Shown here: positions 10,527 to 23,030 of the stretch, one piece after another
Layout: each line of letters opens with the position of its first letter
Position numbering within the stretch: position 1 is the first letter of the stretch
DNA from: Toensbergia leucococca
Lineage: Eukaryota
NCBI GenBank assembly: GCA_022813965.1
Contig: JALDZS010000030.1
Span: 1 to 64,000 of the forward strand
Direction: 5' to 3'
DNA: 64,000 bases
Translations under genes and position numbers: made by a program
Notes under the pieces: model-generated
Told to the model about the DNA's origin: nothing
The model's database searches: none
The model's input: only the letters and a program-made list of their open reading frames with translations

Positions 10527-13147
10527 TCATTGCCAACCTCCTTTTCCAGCAAATCCGCTACTGTCTTCGATCTTCTTTTGCCCACCACCCTTCTGTGATT
10601 TCTGCTGTGCTGCTTCGTGCTTCCGAAGCTCTTCGGGTACTCTCGAGATCGAAGACTTCGTCAGCATCTGCTTAAGATCGTACCTGTAATGTGTGTTAGC
10701 TGCATTTCCTTCGGGTGTATGTTTTGAAAGGATCATAGCATACATAACGTCCGAATCTTCGTTCCCAAGGAATGTCATTGCAACACCGCTCTTGCCGGCA
10801 CGTCCAGTTCGACCAATACGGTGGGTATAGCTCTCGATGTTGGTCGCCATGTTGAAGTTGACTACAAGGCTAACATCTGGTACGTCGATACCTCTACCTG
10901 CTAAATCAGTAGCAACCAGCACATCGGTACTTCCATTCCGGACCGAGGCCAAAGCAGCTTCTCTCTGTTCCTGTGTTTTGCTACCGTGGAGAGTGACCGA
11001 TGAGAATCCCATGTGCTTGATATCTCGAGCAACAGCATCGCAATTTCGTTTGATGTTGACGAAGACAATGATTGGAGGCTGAAACTCTCGAGAAGACAGA
11101 ATCTCGAGAAGGCGTTTCTTCCTCTTGTCTTCGCCAGAGACAAACTCAACGCGCTGTTCTACAGTCTCAACTGCTTCCCCAACGTTACCAATTGTGACGA
11201 TAGCTGGTCTGCGTAAATATTTCCTTGCTATCCGTTCGACAGCCGAAGGCATAGTAGCTGTGTACATCATTGTTTGTCTGTAACGATCTTTGCCACCTAA
11301 ATGTTGGCTCATCACGACTGCATCTTCAGCTTCTTCAGAGTCTGGTTTCATGTTCGCGACCGGTAGGGCGTCTAATATTTTATTAACTGGTTCCTCGAAC
11401 CCAAGATCAATCATCCTGTCAGCCTCATCCATGATGACATAACAGCACTGCCCAAGCACCAGGACCCTCCTCTCAATGCAGTCCACTAGACGACCTGGTG
11501 TTGCGATGATGATTTCAGCTCCATCCCGTAGATTGTAAGCCTGCTCTTCAAGGGAGTGGCCTCCAACGATGCTGACACATGTAAATCCTAGAGGTGTAGC
11601 AAATTTCTTTGCTTCGATCTCAATCTGCTGTGCCAACTCGCGGGTAGGTGCTAGGATAATCGCATAAGGCCCATCGTTCTTGGTCATTTCATTGAGAATC
11701 GGTAATTCAGATATGTAGACCAAGAGAGGCAAGAGGAAGGCTGCTGTTTTACCCGATCCAGTCACTGCAACACCAATAAGATCTCTTGACTGAAGCGCTA
11801 TAGGTATAGCAGCACGTTGAACAGCAGATGGCTCGGTATAACCAACTTGATCCACGACATCCAAGAGACGCTTTGGTAAGCCTGATTCCACCCACGACCG
11901 CATAGGATTTGGGATTGCGCCGCCTTTAGTACTAATATTGAAATCCTCTTTAAATATTCTCCAATCTCTCTCTCGCATGTGGTCAAGCTTCTTGTCGCTC
12001 CAATGTTTGTCAAGCGAGTTCCTCCCGCCGTCTTCTTTCCTTCTCCTCTCCATCTCTAACATCTCCTTGGCCCTTGCGCTGCCAGCTTCGTGATCGCGCT
12101 CTTCTAAGGCCTTGGCATACTTGCGAGCGACGCCATCAGCAAGGTCTTCGGCAAATCCTCCTAAACGACCTCGCCCATAAAAATTCGCCTCTGCACGGGC
12201 CTGATATAGTGGGTTGTAGTCTGGGCTCGTGTCTTCTTCAGCATTCCATTCGAAATTGAATTTCTTTTCCGTAGTGCGCCTTCTTTTCTTCTTGGCTGAG
12301 AAAGTCGACTGGTTCTGGTCTGCGCCCATGTACCGCTGGCGTATCAAGGCCACCTGAACTTCCTCGATAGCGGGTCGCTTGTCTCCTTTTGTAGTCGATG
12401 TACCATTGACTGTCGCTTTGGGCGGCGGGGGAGGAGCCATATCGTAACCCTTGTTAGGTTGCGAAGCACGCATGGCCGCAGGTCCAGTGGGTATCTCGCC
12501 TGATCGTAATGCTCGAGGCCCAGTCGGGATTGCAGGACGTCCGCCGCCATTCAATCCGTTTGTCTGTTGCAATGGTGTACCCGTCCCGTTTCGCGCATGG
12601 TAAGTATTAGGATTATGTGCACCCACTTGTGTTGACTTTGAGCTAGGCAGTTCGGTCTTCGCTTTCCTTTTTTGCTCCTCAATCTCTTTCGCCTTCTTCT
12701 CAAGGGCTAGATTTTCCCGTTGCGCTTTGGATAAGAACTTGGGCTAGAGCAGGACGCCACGAGTCAGTATGGCTCGTTATGATACTAGAATGATGCACAA
12801 CGTGAATATCAGGTAGTCTATAGAATACAACATCATACTAGGGTACATACTTTGGCAGCAACCTCATCGGCTTCTCTCTTTTTTCTCAGAATCTCTTCCA
12901 CGCTTAGAGGCTGTCGGACATGCGAGCTATTGCTGTTGAGTTTTTTCTTCTTGATCCCTGCCGGCGGAGGTGGTGGTGGGGCATTTGTAGCTGAAGGAGG
13001 GGGCGGTGGTGGTAGGTCTTCTGGTGGTGGGGGGGGAGCTAGGACTTCTGGAGGAGGTGGAGGAGGCGATTTTGGCCCCCCGAAGTGCTCTGGTAGTACA
13101 GATACAGTATCGACCCCGACGCCATTCGAGGTATGCCCGTTCATCAT
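10527..13147 (-). CDS. PRP28: Pre-mRNA splicing DEAD-box helicase Prp28
   Basis: ERDWRIFKEDFNI, AVTGSGKT, PTRELAQQI, DEAD, TAT and HRIGRTGRAG, with a Pro-rich N-terminal exon. Introns at ~12744-12849 and ~10684-10743. Confidence 0.96.
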
Positions 13148-13327
13148 GTTGCTGTGTATTATCTTTGGAGGTCAGCGTGACTCCTTAGACTAAAGGACAA
13201 GGCTTCAGAAGCCGCACATCTCATAGAATATTCTACGGAGAGCGAGAGTATCCAAAGCGCAAATGCACGACGGATCTTCAAGTGAACCTTCACGATATTG
13301 TCACATCAGCTTCTTGAAGCCGTTGTC

Positions 13328-13907
13328 ATGGCGTCCCAGGCCGAACACGTCAAGCTTGCTCAATCTCTACCACCGCGGCTGTTACGGTTCTTCGCTCGCT
13401 ACCCTCCACCACAGATTTCCTCGATGTCACATGTACAAACTCACCATGAGAAGCATTCCATAATTCCTAATGAGACCGCCCCTCAGTCTCTGCCAGTATC
13501 CTCCGCGAATTACAACCCTTTCAAACCCTTCAAGGACTCCATTACCGGCAAATGGCGAGATCCAGTATATTCGTTGAGGCGACAAGCAGATCTAGTGAAG
13601 ATGGCACGGACACATAATATTGAGGGGCTCTTACCGTTCACCACAAAGGGCACAGATGAAAGGATCAGGAAGAGAGATGAGCAAGGGTTGCGAGTAAAGG
13701 GCACAGGAGTTGGGGAGAGAGTCAAGGGTAAAGAATGGGAGAGGACTATGAAGGGCAGACTCAATCGAAGAAAGCAGGCCATGCTGCAGATGCCAAAGAT
13801 GATTCAAACTTGGAAACAGGTACTAAGTTCCCACGGCGTTACAATAGTGAAGCTGACACCATCTGTAGCTTGGACACGGTCGTGGATGGAAGAAATTCCC
13901 AAAATAA
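13328..13907 (+). CDS. MRPL25: Mitochondrial large-subunit ribosomal protein mL59 (YmL25)
   Basis: LPPRLLRFFARYPP, NPFKP..TGKWRDPVYSLRRQADLVKMA and VKGKEWER. Intron 13820-13868 gives the family-typical end GHGRGWKKFPK*. Confidence 0.9.
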
Positions 13908-14515
13908 TTCGCTTTTTGAGCCATGACATGCCGCTTGAGGCTTTGGCCGCCAACCTAATGCACAAGAATTAGACGTCCTGTAGCATAGCGAAGCCCTAGA
14001 TATCTTGGATCAGGCGTCCGGATTTGACGCGTTTAGCCACATTGCTGAAGTCGAGAAACAATTCTAATCCACTGTGTTCATGCTATTCGATACTAGAATA
14101 CGGTCAAGCTCATATATTTATGGCACAGTACGATAAGTGTAGAGGGCAAATTGAGTTGGGCGCGATGAATAGGACTTCCGTGAACGTACAAGAATGTACC
14201 GACTTTTCTATAGCAGTACCATCCACAGTAAAAGATGGTCGCCTCAAACATGCGGCATGGTAGTCTTGCAAATAACTGCCGACTAGCAGAGAGCATCCAG
14301 CATCTTTACAGAGTAGACACTTTTGATGCTGGGAGGACTGATTTGCATAGTTGCGGAAGAAAGCTTCGCGAGCTCCGCGAGCTTCGGGAAGACTACGGAT
14401 ATCGGCGAAACATCATCATCATCCTCGGGGCACGAAATATTAGGTTGCTGTACGGAGTACACCTTCCTAGATCGATCTTTTAACATCGACCTCCCCGCTA
14501 TTACAGCTCCAGTCA

Positions 14516-17500
14516 ATGATCCCCGTAACACCAAAGGCTACTAAGCTTGCAGCCACTGTACTTAAAGCCCGTCTATTGCCTGTCACTTCGTACAGATCCT
14601 TTACTCCATTAACTCATGTGGCTTCGAGGTATTTCTGCAGCGCCACACGAGTAGATACATTTCACCAGCGTAAACCCTTCCAGTCTCGACTACCTTCAGC
14701 TACAAGAAACAGTCGACACTGTTCATATCAGCGAACCATGTGTAAAGCCCACGCCGAGATCGAAGGAGGGGGGATGGAAGTTTCCAAGGGTCGAGAACTC
14801 CTTCCAACCAACGTAAAGCCGATACACTATGACTTGACCCTGGAACCGGACTTCGAGAAATTCAGCTATGAGGGAACAGTCATTATCGAGTACGTATATA
14901 TTTGAGTGATAAAGGCAAGCCAAGTCGCCAAACATTCTCCACGTCGTATGGAGTATATTGTCCCGGGCTCCCTGGCTAATCGCATGGTTTGCTTAGTCTC
15001 GAAGTCAAAGAAGATACTACATCTATATCCTTAAATACCTTTGAGGTTGATATTCATTCGACCACTATTGCCGCGGGCGATAGTGAAATAACAGCATCAC
15101 CAAAGGTGTCTTATAATGAAGATAACCAAACTACGACGGTCTCGTTCGACAAAGCTATACCTGCTGGGTCCACTGCTCAAGTCACCCAGACCTTCACTGG
15201 CTATCTCAACGATAAGATGGCTGGTTTCTATAGATCATCGTACAAAGGTTCTGACGGGAGTACTCAATACATTGCAACAACCCAGATGGAGCCCACAGAT
15301 GCTCGAAGAGCGTTTCCCTGCTTTGACGAACCAGCGCTAAAAGCGAAATACACTATCACGCTAGTGGCTGATAAAAACCATACATGTCTCAGTAACATGG
15401 ATCCAGCATCTGAAAAGGAGGTTGACTCCAAGATTACCGGAGGCAAAAGGAAAGCTGTGACGTTCAGCAAGACTCCTTTGATGTCTACCTACCTGTTGGC
15501 GTTCATCGTCGGAGAGCTTAAATGTGTGGAAACAAGCAATTTTCGTGTACCCGTTAGAGTCTTCGCTACGCCGGACAAGAACATTGAACATGGGCGATTT
15601 TCATTGGAACTTGCGGCAAAAACTCTGGACTTTTATGAAAAGACTTTTGATAGCAAATTCCCCTTACCAAAAATGGATATGGTAGCTATCCCCGACTTCA
15701 GCGCTGGCGCTATGGAGAATTGGGGCCTCATCACCTATAGGGTAGTAGATCTATTGTTTGATGAAAAAACCAGTGGAGCTTCAACAAAGCAGAGAGTCGC
15801 AGAAGTTGTTCAGCATGAATTAGCTCATCAATGGTTTGGAAATCTCGTTACAATGGATTTCTGGGACGGGCTTTGGCTGAACGAAGGTTTCGCGACATGG
15901 ATGTCTTGGTACTCTTGCAACAAATTCTACCCAGAGTGGAAAGTATGGCAAGGCTATGTCACAGATACTTTGCAGAATGCGCTTTCTCTCGACTCCCTAC
16001 GGAGCAGTCACCCGATCGAAGTCCCTGTCAAGCGTGCAGATGAGGTCAATCAAATATTTGATGCAATCTCTTATTCGAAAGGATCCTGCGTACTGAGAAT
16101 GATTTCCAAGTACCTCGGAGAGGAGACGTTCATGGAGGGTATCCGACGATACCTCAAGAAGCATGCTTATGGCAACACGCAAACAGGCGATCTTTGGGCC
16201 GCACTCGGTGATGCAAGCGGAAAGCCTGTGGAGAAAGTCATGGACATCTGGACCAAGAACGTCGGATACCCAATCGTCACAGTAACAGAGAATGAGGAGT
16301 CAAAAAGCATCAACGTCAAGCAAAATCGTTTCCTGCGGACAGGAGATGTCAAACCTGAAGAAGATAAGACCTTGTTCCCGGTGTTCTTAGCTCTCCGAAC
16401 CAAGGATGGAATCAACGAGGATATCACGCTTTCTAGTCGGGAGCACGACTTCACTGTACCGAATCTTGATTTCTTCAAGCTCAACGCAGATCATTCCGGT
16501 ATCTATCGAACATCATACAGCCCTGCCCGACTTGAGAAGCTAGGCCAGGCAGCCAGAGATGGACTGTTGACAGTCGAAGATCGTGCAGGTATGATTGCTG
16601 ATGCAGGCGCTCTGGCTTCTTCGGGCTATCAGAAAACATCCGGCATCCTCGCATTGCTGAAGAGCTTCAGTAGTGAATCTGAGTTTGTCGTGTGGGATGA
16701 AATTCTGAGTCGGATATCTGCTATCCGTTCAGCGTGGGTATTTGAGGACCAAAAAGTAGGTCCTTGGAAAGCGCCTCTCATCACGTAAACCAATACATTT
16801 TAGCTTTTTGATAACTAACAGCCCCGTCAGACTCGAGACGCGCTAAAATCCTTCCAACGGGCTCTCGTCAGCGAAAGAGCCCACTCCAAAGGCTGGTCCT
16901 TCGGCCCAGACGAAGACCACATCCAAGCTCAATTCAAAGCCCTCCTCTTCGGCAGCGCCGGCCTAGCGGGCGACCAGAAAGTCATCTCAGCCGCGCAATC
17001 CATGTTCCGCGCCTTCGCCGCCGGCGACAAAAAAGCCATCTACCCAGATATTCGCGGGAGCGTTTACGCCATTGTGCTCCAAAACGGCGGTGAAGCCGAA
17101 TACGACACCATCCTCAACGAATACCGCACCGCCGCCAACGCCGACGAGCGGAACACGGCCTTACGCAGCCTCGGCCGCGGTAAGGGCGAGAAGCTCATCC
17201 AGCGCACCCTTGCATTACCGCTGAGCGACGAGGTGAAGGGCCAGGATATCTATTTGCCGATCGTGTCGCTGCGGAGCGACGCCGAAGGCATCGTGGCGCT
17301 GTGGAAGTGGATGCAAGGGAATTGGGAAACGTTGGAAAAGAAGTGCCCCCCTGGATTGACGATGTTGGGGACTATCGTGCAGATTTGCACTGCGAGTTTT
17401 GCGACGGAGGCGCAGTTGGCAGAGGTTAGAGCGTTTTTTGCCGAGAGGAGTACCAAGGTATGTTTGCTTTTTCCTTGATACTTTTTTTGGTCTGCTTCCG

Positions 17501-17698
17501 CAGGGGTCTGCCCTTTTTATTCGAAGGGGCCTTGCTGATTTATTGGGGCTTTGCTTTCAGGGGTATGATCGCGTGTTGGAGCAGAGTTCGGATAGTATTC
17601 GGGCCAAGGCGAGCTGGTTGGAGAGGGATCGGGGGGATGTGGAGGAGTGGTTGGGCGCGAATAGGTATTTGGGGACTATGGGGGAATTAAAGATGTAG
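14516..17698 (+). CDS. APE2: M1 family alanyl aminopeptidase (Ape2/ApsA-like)
   Basis: [21 protein letters not shown]...WLNEGFA (HEXXH..E zinc motif) and YSKG. Introns 14890-14996, ~16756-16830 and ~17458-17560. There is an alternative ATG at 14738. Confidence 0.94.
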
Positions 17699-18609
17699 GT
17701 GTAAGCTCGTTGATGTGATTTGAGTCATCCATGTTTGTATAGATGGATCTGGAGATTTCTTCCCTTTCAATGGTGATTTCATCTTTGCCTTCCATGTTGA
17801 AGACGAGATGAAGGTAGCTATATCTGGAGAGATCTTCAAGGGGTGAAAACCAAAATTTGGGGGTGAGGGTTGCAAATAGCATAGTATTCCTACGACTCTT
17901 TTTACAGATTTCCCTCCATTGAATGAAACAGATGGCAAAATTCCTCCCTTTCCTCCCTTTCCATTCTTTCCTGCTCCCACTTTCCGTCCCTAACTCCGAC
18001 TTTCCCAGGGCACCTGCGTACGCCCGTGTCAAAACCCAAGCTAGGTATCTCTCCATCCATCCATAAAACACAAAGGAAACATACCAATGCATCAAAAGAA
18101 AGAAGAAGGGGGAAAAGAACGAACTTTCATCCAGTCATAAAAGAAAGGGGCAAGCAAGGTATCACAGAATCCAATCCCTTCCCTCCTACCTTCCCCTCCC
18201 TTTCTCAATCCCTCCCCATTCCATAACACTGTCCACCCATCTATTTCTCCAAGCCGGCAGACAGACGCAGCGACACACAGAAAGTAAAGAATCAAAAAAA
18301 TCCCCCTCAGTAGGTAGGAACTCCCCACTAAAACATTCGCAAAGAGGAACACACAAAGCTCGACAGCGACAGAACCACCGCCCCTTCCCTGCCCTCTCCT
18401 CATGAAAATGCAAACCGTAAACGCCGTGTAGATGAATGCTCGGGTTAAAGCGAGACGGAAAAGAAAAAGGTATGCCGGACGCCATGAACAATGAAGGAAC
18501 AATGTTGGAACGGAACGGTTTGGGAATTGCAGCAGTACAGCTCTTTACCAAGCGTCGTGAGGAGTGTGATTGATTTCGATGGCTTGGATCGCAAAGAGGG
18601 GTTCTGGGC

Positions 18610-21600
18610 CTAACATCGAGGTGAAGTACTCCCGACTGCTGGCGGTGCAGCTGCGGGCGGAGGTCTCGAAGTTGTTGGTGGAGCGAGGGCAGCAGCGCTC
18701 GTACGCTTGGAAAAGATCTGCATTTTCTTACGAAGGGCCGCGAGGCGGTTACGGATGCTGTGGACCACTGCATTGAATTTCAGCGATGGTTATTTAATCG
18801 GAATTTGCACTCAGAAATACTTACGCTTCAGCACGACCTTTCTATCTTCGGCTCCAACACCATTCACGGCGTCCTCTTCCAGATGTGAGCCTTTCGGGTC
18901 TTTGTCCGCGTTTGCATACTTCTTCGGAGCGGAATCTTCATCATCTTCGAGGACTGCTTCGAGCATCCGTATCGCTGTAACGTAGGCAATTTCGCAACCC
19001 GGCAGGTCTTCTGCTACAAGTTCATTGACTGCGGCCGATCGAGACATTTCTAACGCGCGATCATACATGAGTTTCTCGGCGGTGACGCCCGAGCTCACAA
19101 TCACGTTTTCTGAGGAGGTGCCCATCCCAGCTGCAGAACCTGACGCAGAGGGGTGGTTGTTTGGATGGCTTGGATGATCTAAAGGAAGTTGTCTTTGCGC
19201 TTCTATGAGCTTCAGGCGCACAAACTCGGCTTTCTCGAGGACCTCGTTGAATCGACTTCGGACCCATTGCACCACATTATTTACACGATTTCCAACCGCA
19301 ACTCCATTTGCTGAGTTCGTTTGGGTCCGTGGGGACGTTGATTCCTCGATAACTTCGCCGCGATTCTTTCGAGCCCACCACGCTCCTGCAATATCCATAG
19401 ATCGTGCGAGTAAAGACAAAGCCTTGACGTAAAGAACCAATGCCTCTTCTGAAAGCGTGACGATTGCATCCACGGTCAGACCGTCATCTTCACTCGTGAT
19501 GTTCTCGTCTTCGCCTTGCTCGGGGATGCCGGCTTGGCGCAGACCGAGTCCATGGTCCATTGATGGTGCCAACGGGATGAGCTGTTTGTATTTGACTTCG
19601 GCGAAGCCATACACAACATCACTCCTTGTGGCTGATTCTTCAATAACATACACAGCCTTAGAATCCTCGTCGAGTGGTATAGCTCCCTTCGAGCCATCTC
19701 CAATCATAACAAGGCTCCCCTGATTGGTGGGATAAGCAGGGAACGGGCTATACCCAGGAGGGGAAGGTCCTCCCCGGCCAATACCAAGAGGTGGCGAGAA
19801 CCCCATGTTGAAAAGTCTACCGCTAGCCATATTGATTGCTTTCGAAATGGCAGAGGTCGCTGTAGCACTATTTCGAACTCTCGCTTCGTAAGAGCTTTGT
19901 CGATGATGCAATGAATCCGGTCGCTTGCCAGATGCCAACTGCAATGCTCGCGACGGCGTTGTTTGAGCTCCTGTAATTGAAGCTTGCTGACCCTGAGTCG
20001 TTGCTCGCCTAATCATGGTGCCATGTTGTTGTTGATGTTGTAGAGTCTGTTTAGCCCCATGTATTCTTGGGCTGGCGGCAAGCTCATCCGCAAAGGCATT
20101 GACTTCCACGGCTCGCTTCTCTACTACAACATAGTCGCGCTCAAATGCTACATCTTGTGCTGCACGTTCCTGTGCCTCTCGCGCCTCCCGGGCACTAGTG
20201 TCTTCTTTCCTTTGTGGAACACGCTCTCGTTGAGGTGTCTTTTCTTTGGGAAAAGAAGAGGTGGGCGAAGGAGAGTTACGACTCGTTTGCCGTTGCATAG
20301 TAGCCGCAGCTACATTTCTTGTGCCTCCGTTGTGTAAATCTTGTCGCGCTGGTGCCGTGGCATGACTGGTGATGCTAGGACGACGAGCTCGCAGAGCACG
20401 ATCTCGGGAACCTTGACGTGCTACTGACGGACTTTGGCTTTGTCCAACGTCGCGAGAGAAACTTGCCCTCGGCGGTGTGCCAGGATTTAGACGATTAAGT
20501 GGAGATCCTGTTTTAACGCTCGCTGTCTCCACTCCGCGTGAAGGCCGATCCCTTGGAGAATGGGGCAGTCCGCCCGATATTTTCCCTACGCTTTCGTTAT
20601 CCATTGCTAATGGTCGATCCTCCCTCGTGGTCATCTCACGACGTGACACAATCTCTTCGGCTGGGATTTCTGGCTCTTGGACCGGAGTTATGGCAGGCCG
20701 ATCTTCTGCAGCTAACCCAGGAATCTCATCCTTGATCACGGTGTGATTGAAGAAGTCTCCGAAACCCATCCTCTCAACGGGGTTTCGCTTCAGAAGTCCT
20801 CGAATGATCCTCTTCATCGGATCACTCAAGACTGTTTCTTCAGGAAACTTAATTCTATCCTCGCCTCGCTCGATCTTGCGCAATAATTCTACGTGATTCG
20901 AGGCTCTGAACGGTGGTCTACCGACCATCATCTCATACAAGACTGTCCCAACTGACCAAAGGTCGGCCTTGGCGTCATATTTCTCGTAACGCAAGATTTC
21001 TGGAGCCATATACAGAGGCGACCCACAAAGCGTTTCAGCGAGAGAGGTTGATGGCAGCGATCGTGCAAATCCGAAGTCAGCAAGTTTCAGAGTCGGTAAT
21101 GATGCCACTCCTACGGCAGGGACTAGTGACTTTTCGCTGGCAGCATAAGGCACGGCTCCAGGCTTAGCATTGGCAAGGTACAGTGGCGATGGATCGAGGA
21201 GGAGGTTCTGTGGTTTGACGTCGCGGTGTATGAAGTTCCGGTTTCTCAAGAATTCCAAGGCACTAGCTAGTTGCTTCAGCAAATGCCGAACTAATACTTC
21301 ATTCAAACCTCCAGGCGGCGGATTCGGGTATTTCTTGATCATGTCTGCTGTTGTATCATGACGAAAGAGAGTATCACGCTTCTTGATGAAGTAAGATAAG
21401 TCGCCCAGCTCGCAGAACTCCATGACAAGATGTATATGAGCAGCTGTTTCCTGGCAGTCGATAAGGGAAACGATGTGTGGATGATGGAGACCTTTCAGTA
21501 TGTGAATTTCCGAATAGAGGTTCTCTTTCAGCTTCTTGTTGAGCTTGTGCATGTCCACGGATTTGATGGCGACATAGCCTGGCTTCTTCTAGAACTCGCC

Positions 21601-21855
21601 GAATAACATTAGCGTTGATCTATGTCGAGAAACGGAGTCGCATAGAGGTCCATGAATTGTACAGAGGAAGAAAGGGGAGATAACGATAATCAAGCGGACG
21701 GGATGACTGCTTACCGCATACGCAGCTTTGTAGACGTTTGCAAAGCTTCCTCTTCCTATTTCTTCCAGTCTCCTGAAGCTGCCTATAGCCATCTCTCCTG
21801 TTCCTGATTCTCGTGGGCGCCTCGAAGTGGAGGGCACTGGTGACGGGGCTGCCAT
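18610..21855 (-). CDS. ATG1: Serine/threonine kinase Atg1
   Basis: [28 protein letters not shown] and [12 protein letters not shown], plus the C-terminal MIT-like region ([24 protein letters not shown]). Introns near 21588-21714 and 18769-18823. Confidence 0.96.
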
Positions 21856-23030
21856 GACGAGTGATTGTCCTGCTGATCGGTATCTCGGCAAGCTAGACTT
21901 GCAGGCCAAAGCCGTCACCACTGCAAATGAGGATACAGTGTTGCCGTTAAAGAATTAAACATGGAGTAGCGTGGCGTTGTTGAGGACGGAGGGTAGGACA
22001 AGTTGTTGTCAAAGGCAGGATGCCGAACTTGATGGAGAAGGTTGCCCGATTTCGATAGTGATTGGGCGTGGCAGCCCGAGGCTCCGCAGCGTGATGCAGG
22101 GATAGCTGAGGCCTTTTGAGAAGGCGGGGTATGATTGTTGCTATGCTGCCACCACTGCTGAGTCGAAAGGCGTGACAAGGCGTCAGGCGTTGTCAGAACA
22201 CTAGTAGTTCAGCTTGACTTGTGACTCGGATGGATGGCGGACAAAGTCACAAAATTGGGGGAAAGATTATAGTCTCGAGGAAGAAAAACAAATGAGTTGA
22301 ATAGGTAGCACAAATGACGGCTCACAGATTGGGGAAGGATAGCGACAGCAGCCTGATAATGATAGTTGAGAGTAAGTAGTTATGGCTATGGGGGGGTGTG
22401 TGACTACCTTTACGGAGACAGGCTCAAGGGTATCTTAATTCTACGGTTACGATTAGCCGCTGCTTATCGATCTTGGTCAACAAGGTCCCTAAGCTTCACC
22501 GTAGCTGAGCCCTATCGTGCTATCGTCCTCCCTGCCAAAAGCTCTTCTAGATTCTCTCTATGTACGAGGGGTGAGGGAATCTCCTTCAGCTTTGTTTGGG
22601 AAACCTGATAATTAGGCTATTCTACCTACCTAGGTAACACGCCTCTTCTTTAGCCTCCATGAAATTTCATCGATTGCAATCCTCGAATCAACCTGCATGA
22701 TTCGCTTAGATGACAAGACCATGTCGAGCGTGTACGAGTACATACAAGCCATCAGCCCGGATTAGCTGTGTTAACTTGGCATGCTAAAGCCCTGCAATGC
22801 AACCTTTTTATCTTTGACCAGATCTTGCTCATCACCACAGAGATGGTCACCGTCATCGGTAGGCAGGTAGGGGGGCAGTCGATCATCGATATGATCCGAA
22901 TGTGGTCTTCTCACAGCCAATAATGGCGTGATCATGTCTATAATTCTATCGAGGCGGTTACTGTCATCCAACATATCACGTTACCTTTCTATACCTGTCC
23001 GCCCATCGCTAAATCAAGTAGAAGCATCAA

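Noticed and set aside
21915..21962. 15-codon uORF upstream of ATG1
   Set aside because: It overlaps a likely 5'-UTR intron acceptor (TTTAAC...TTTGCAG) and cannot be supported without transcript data.
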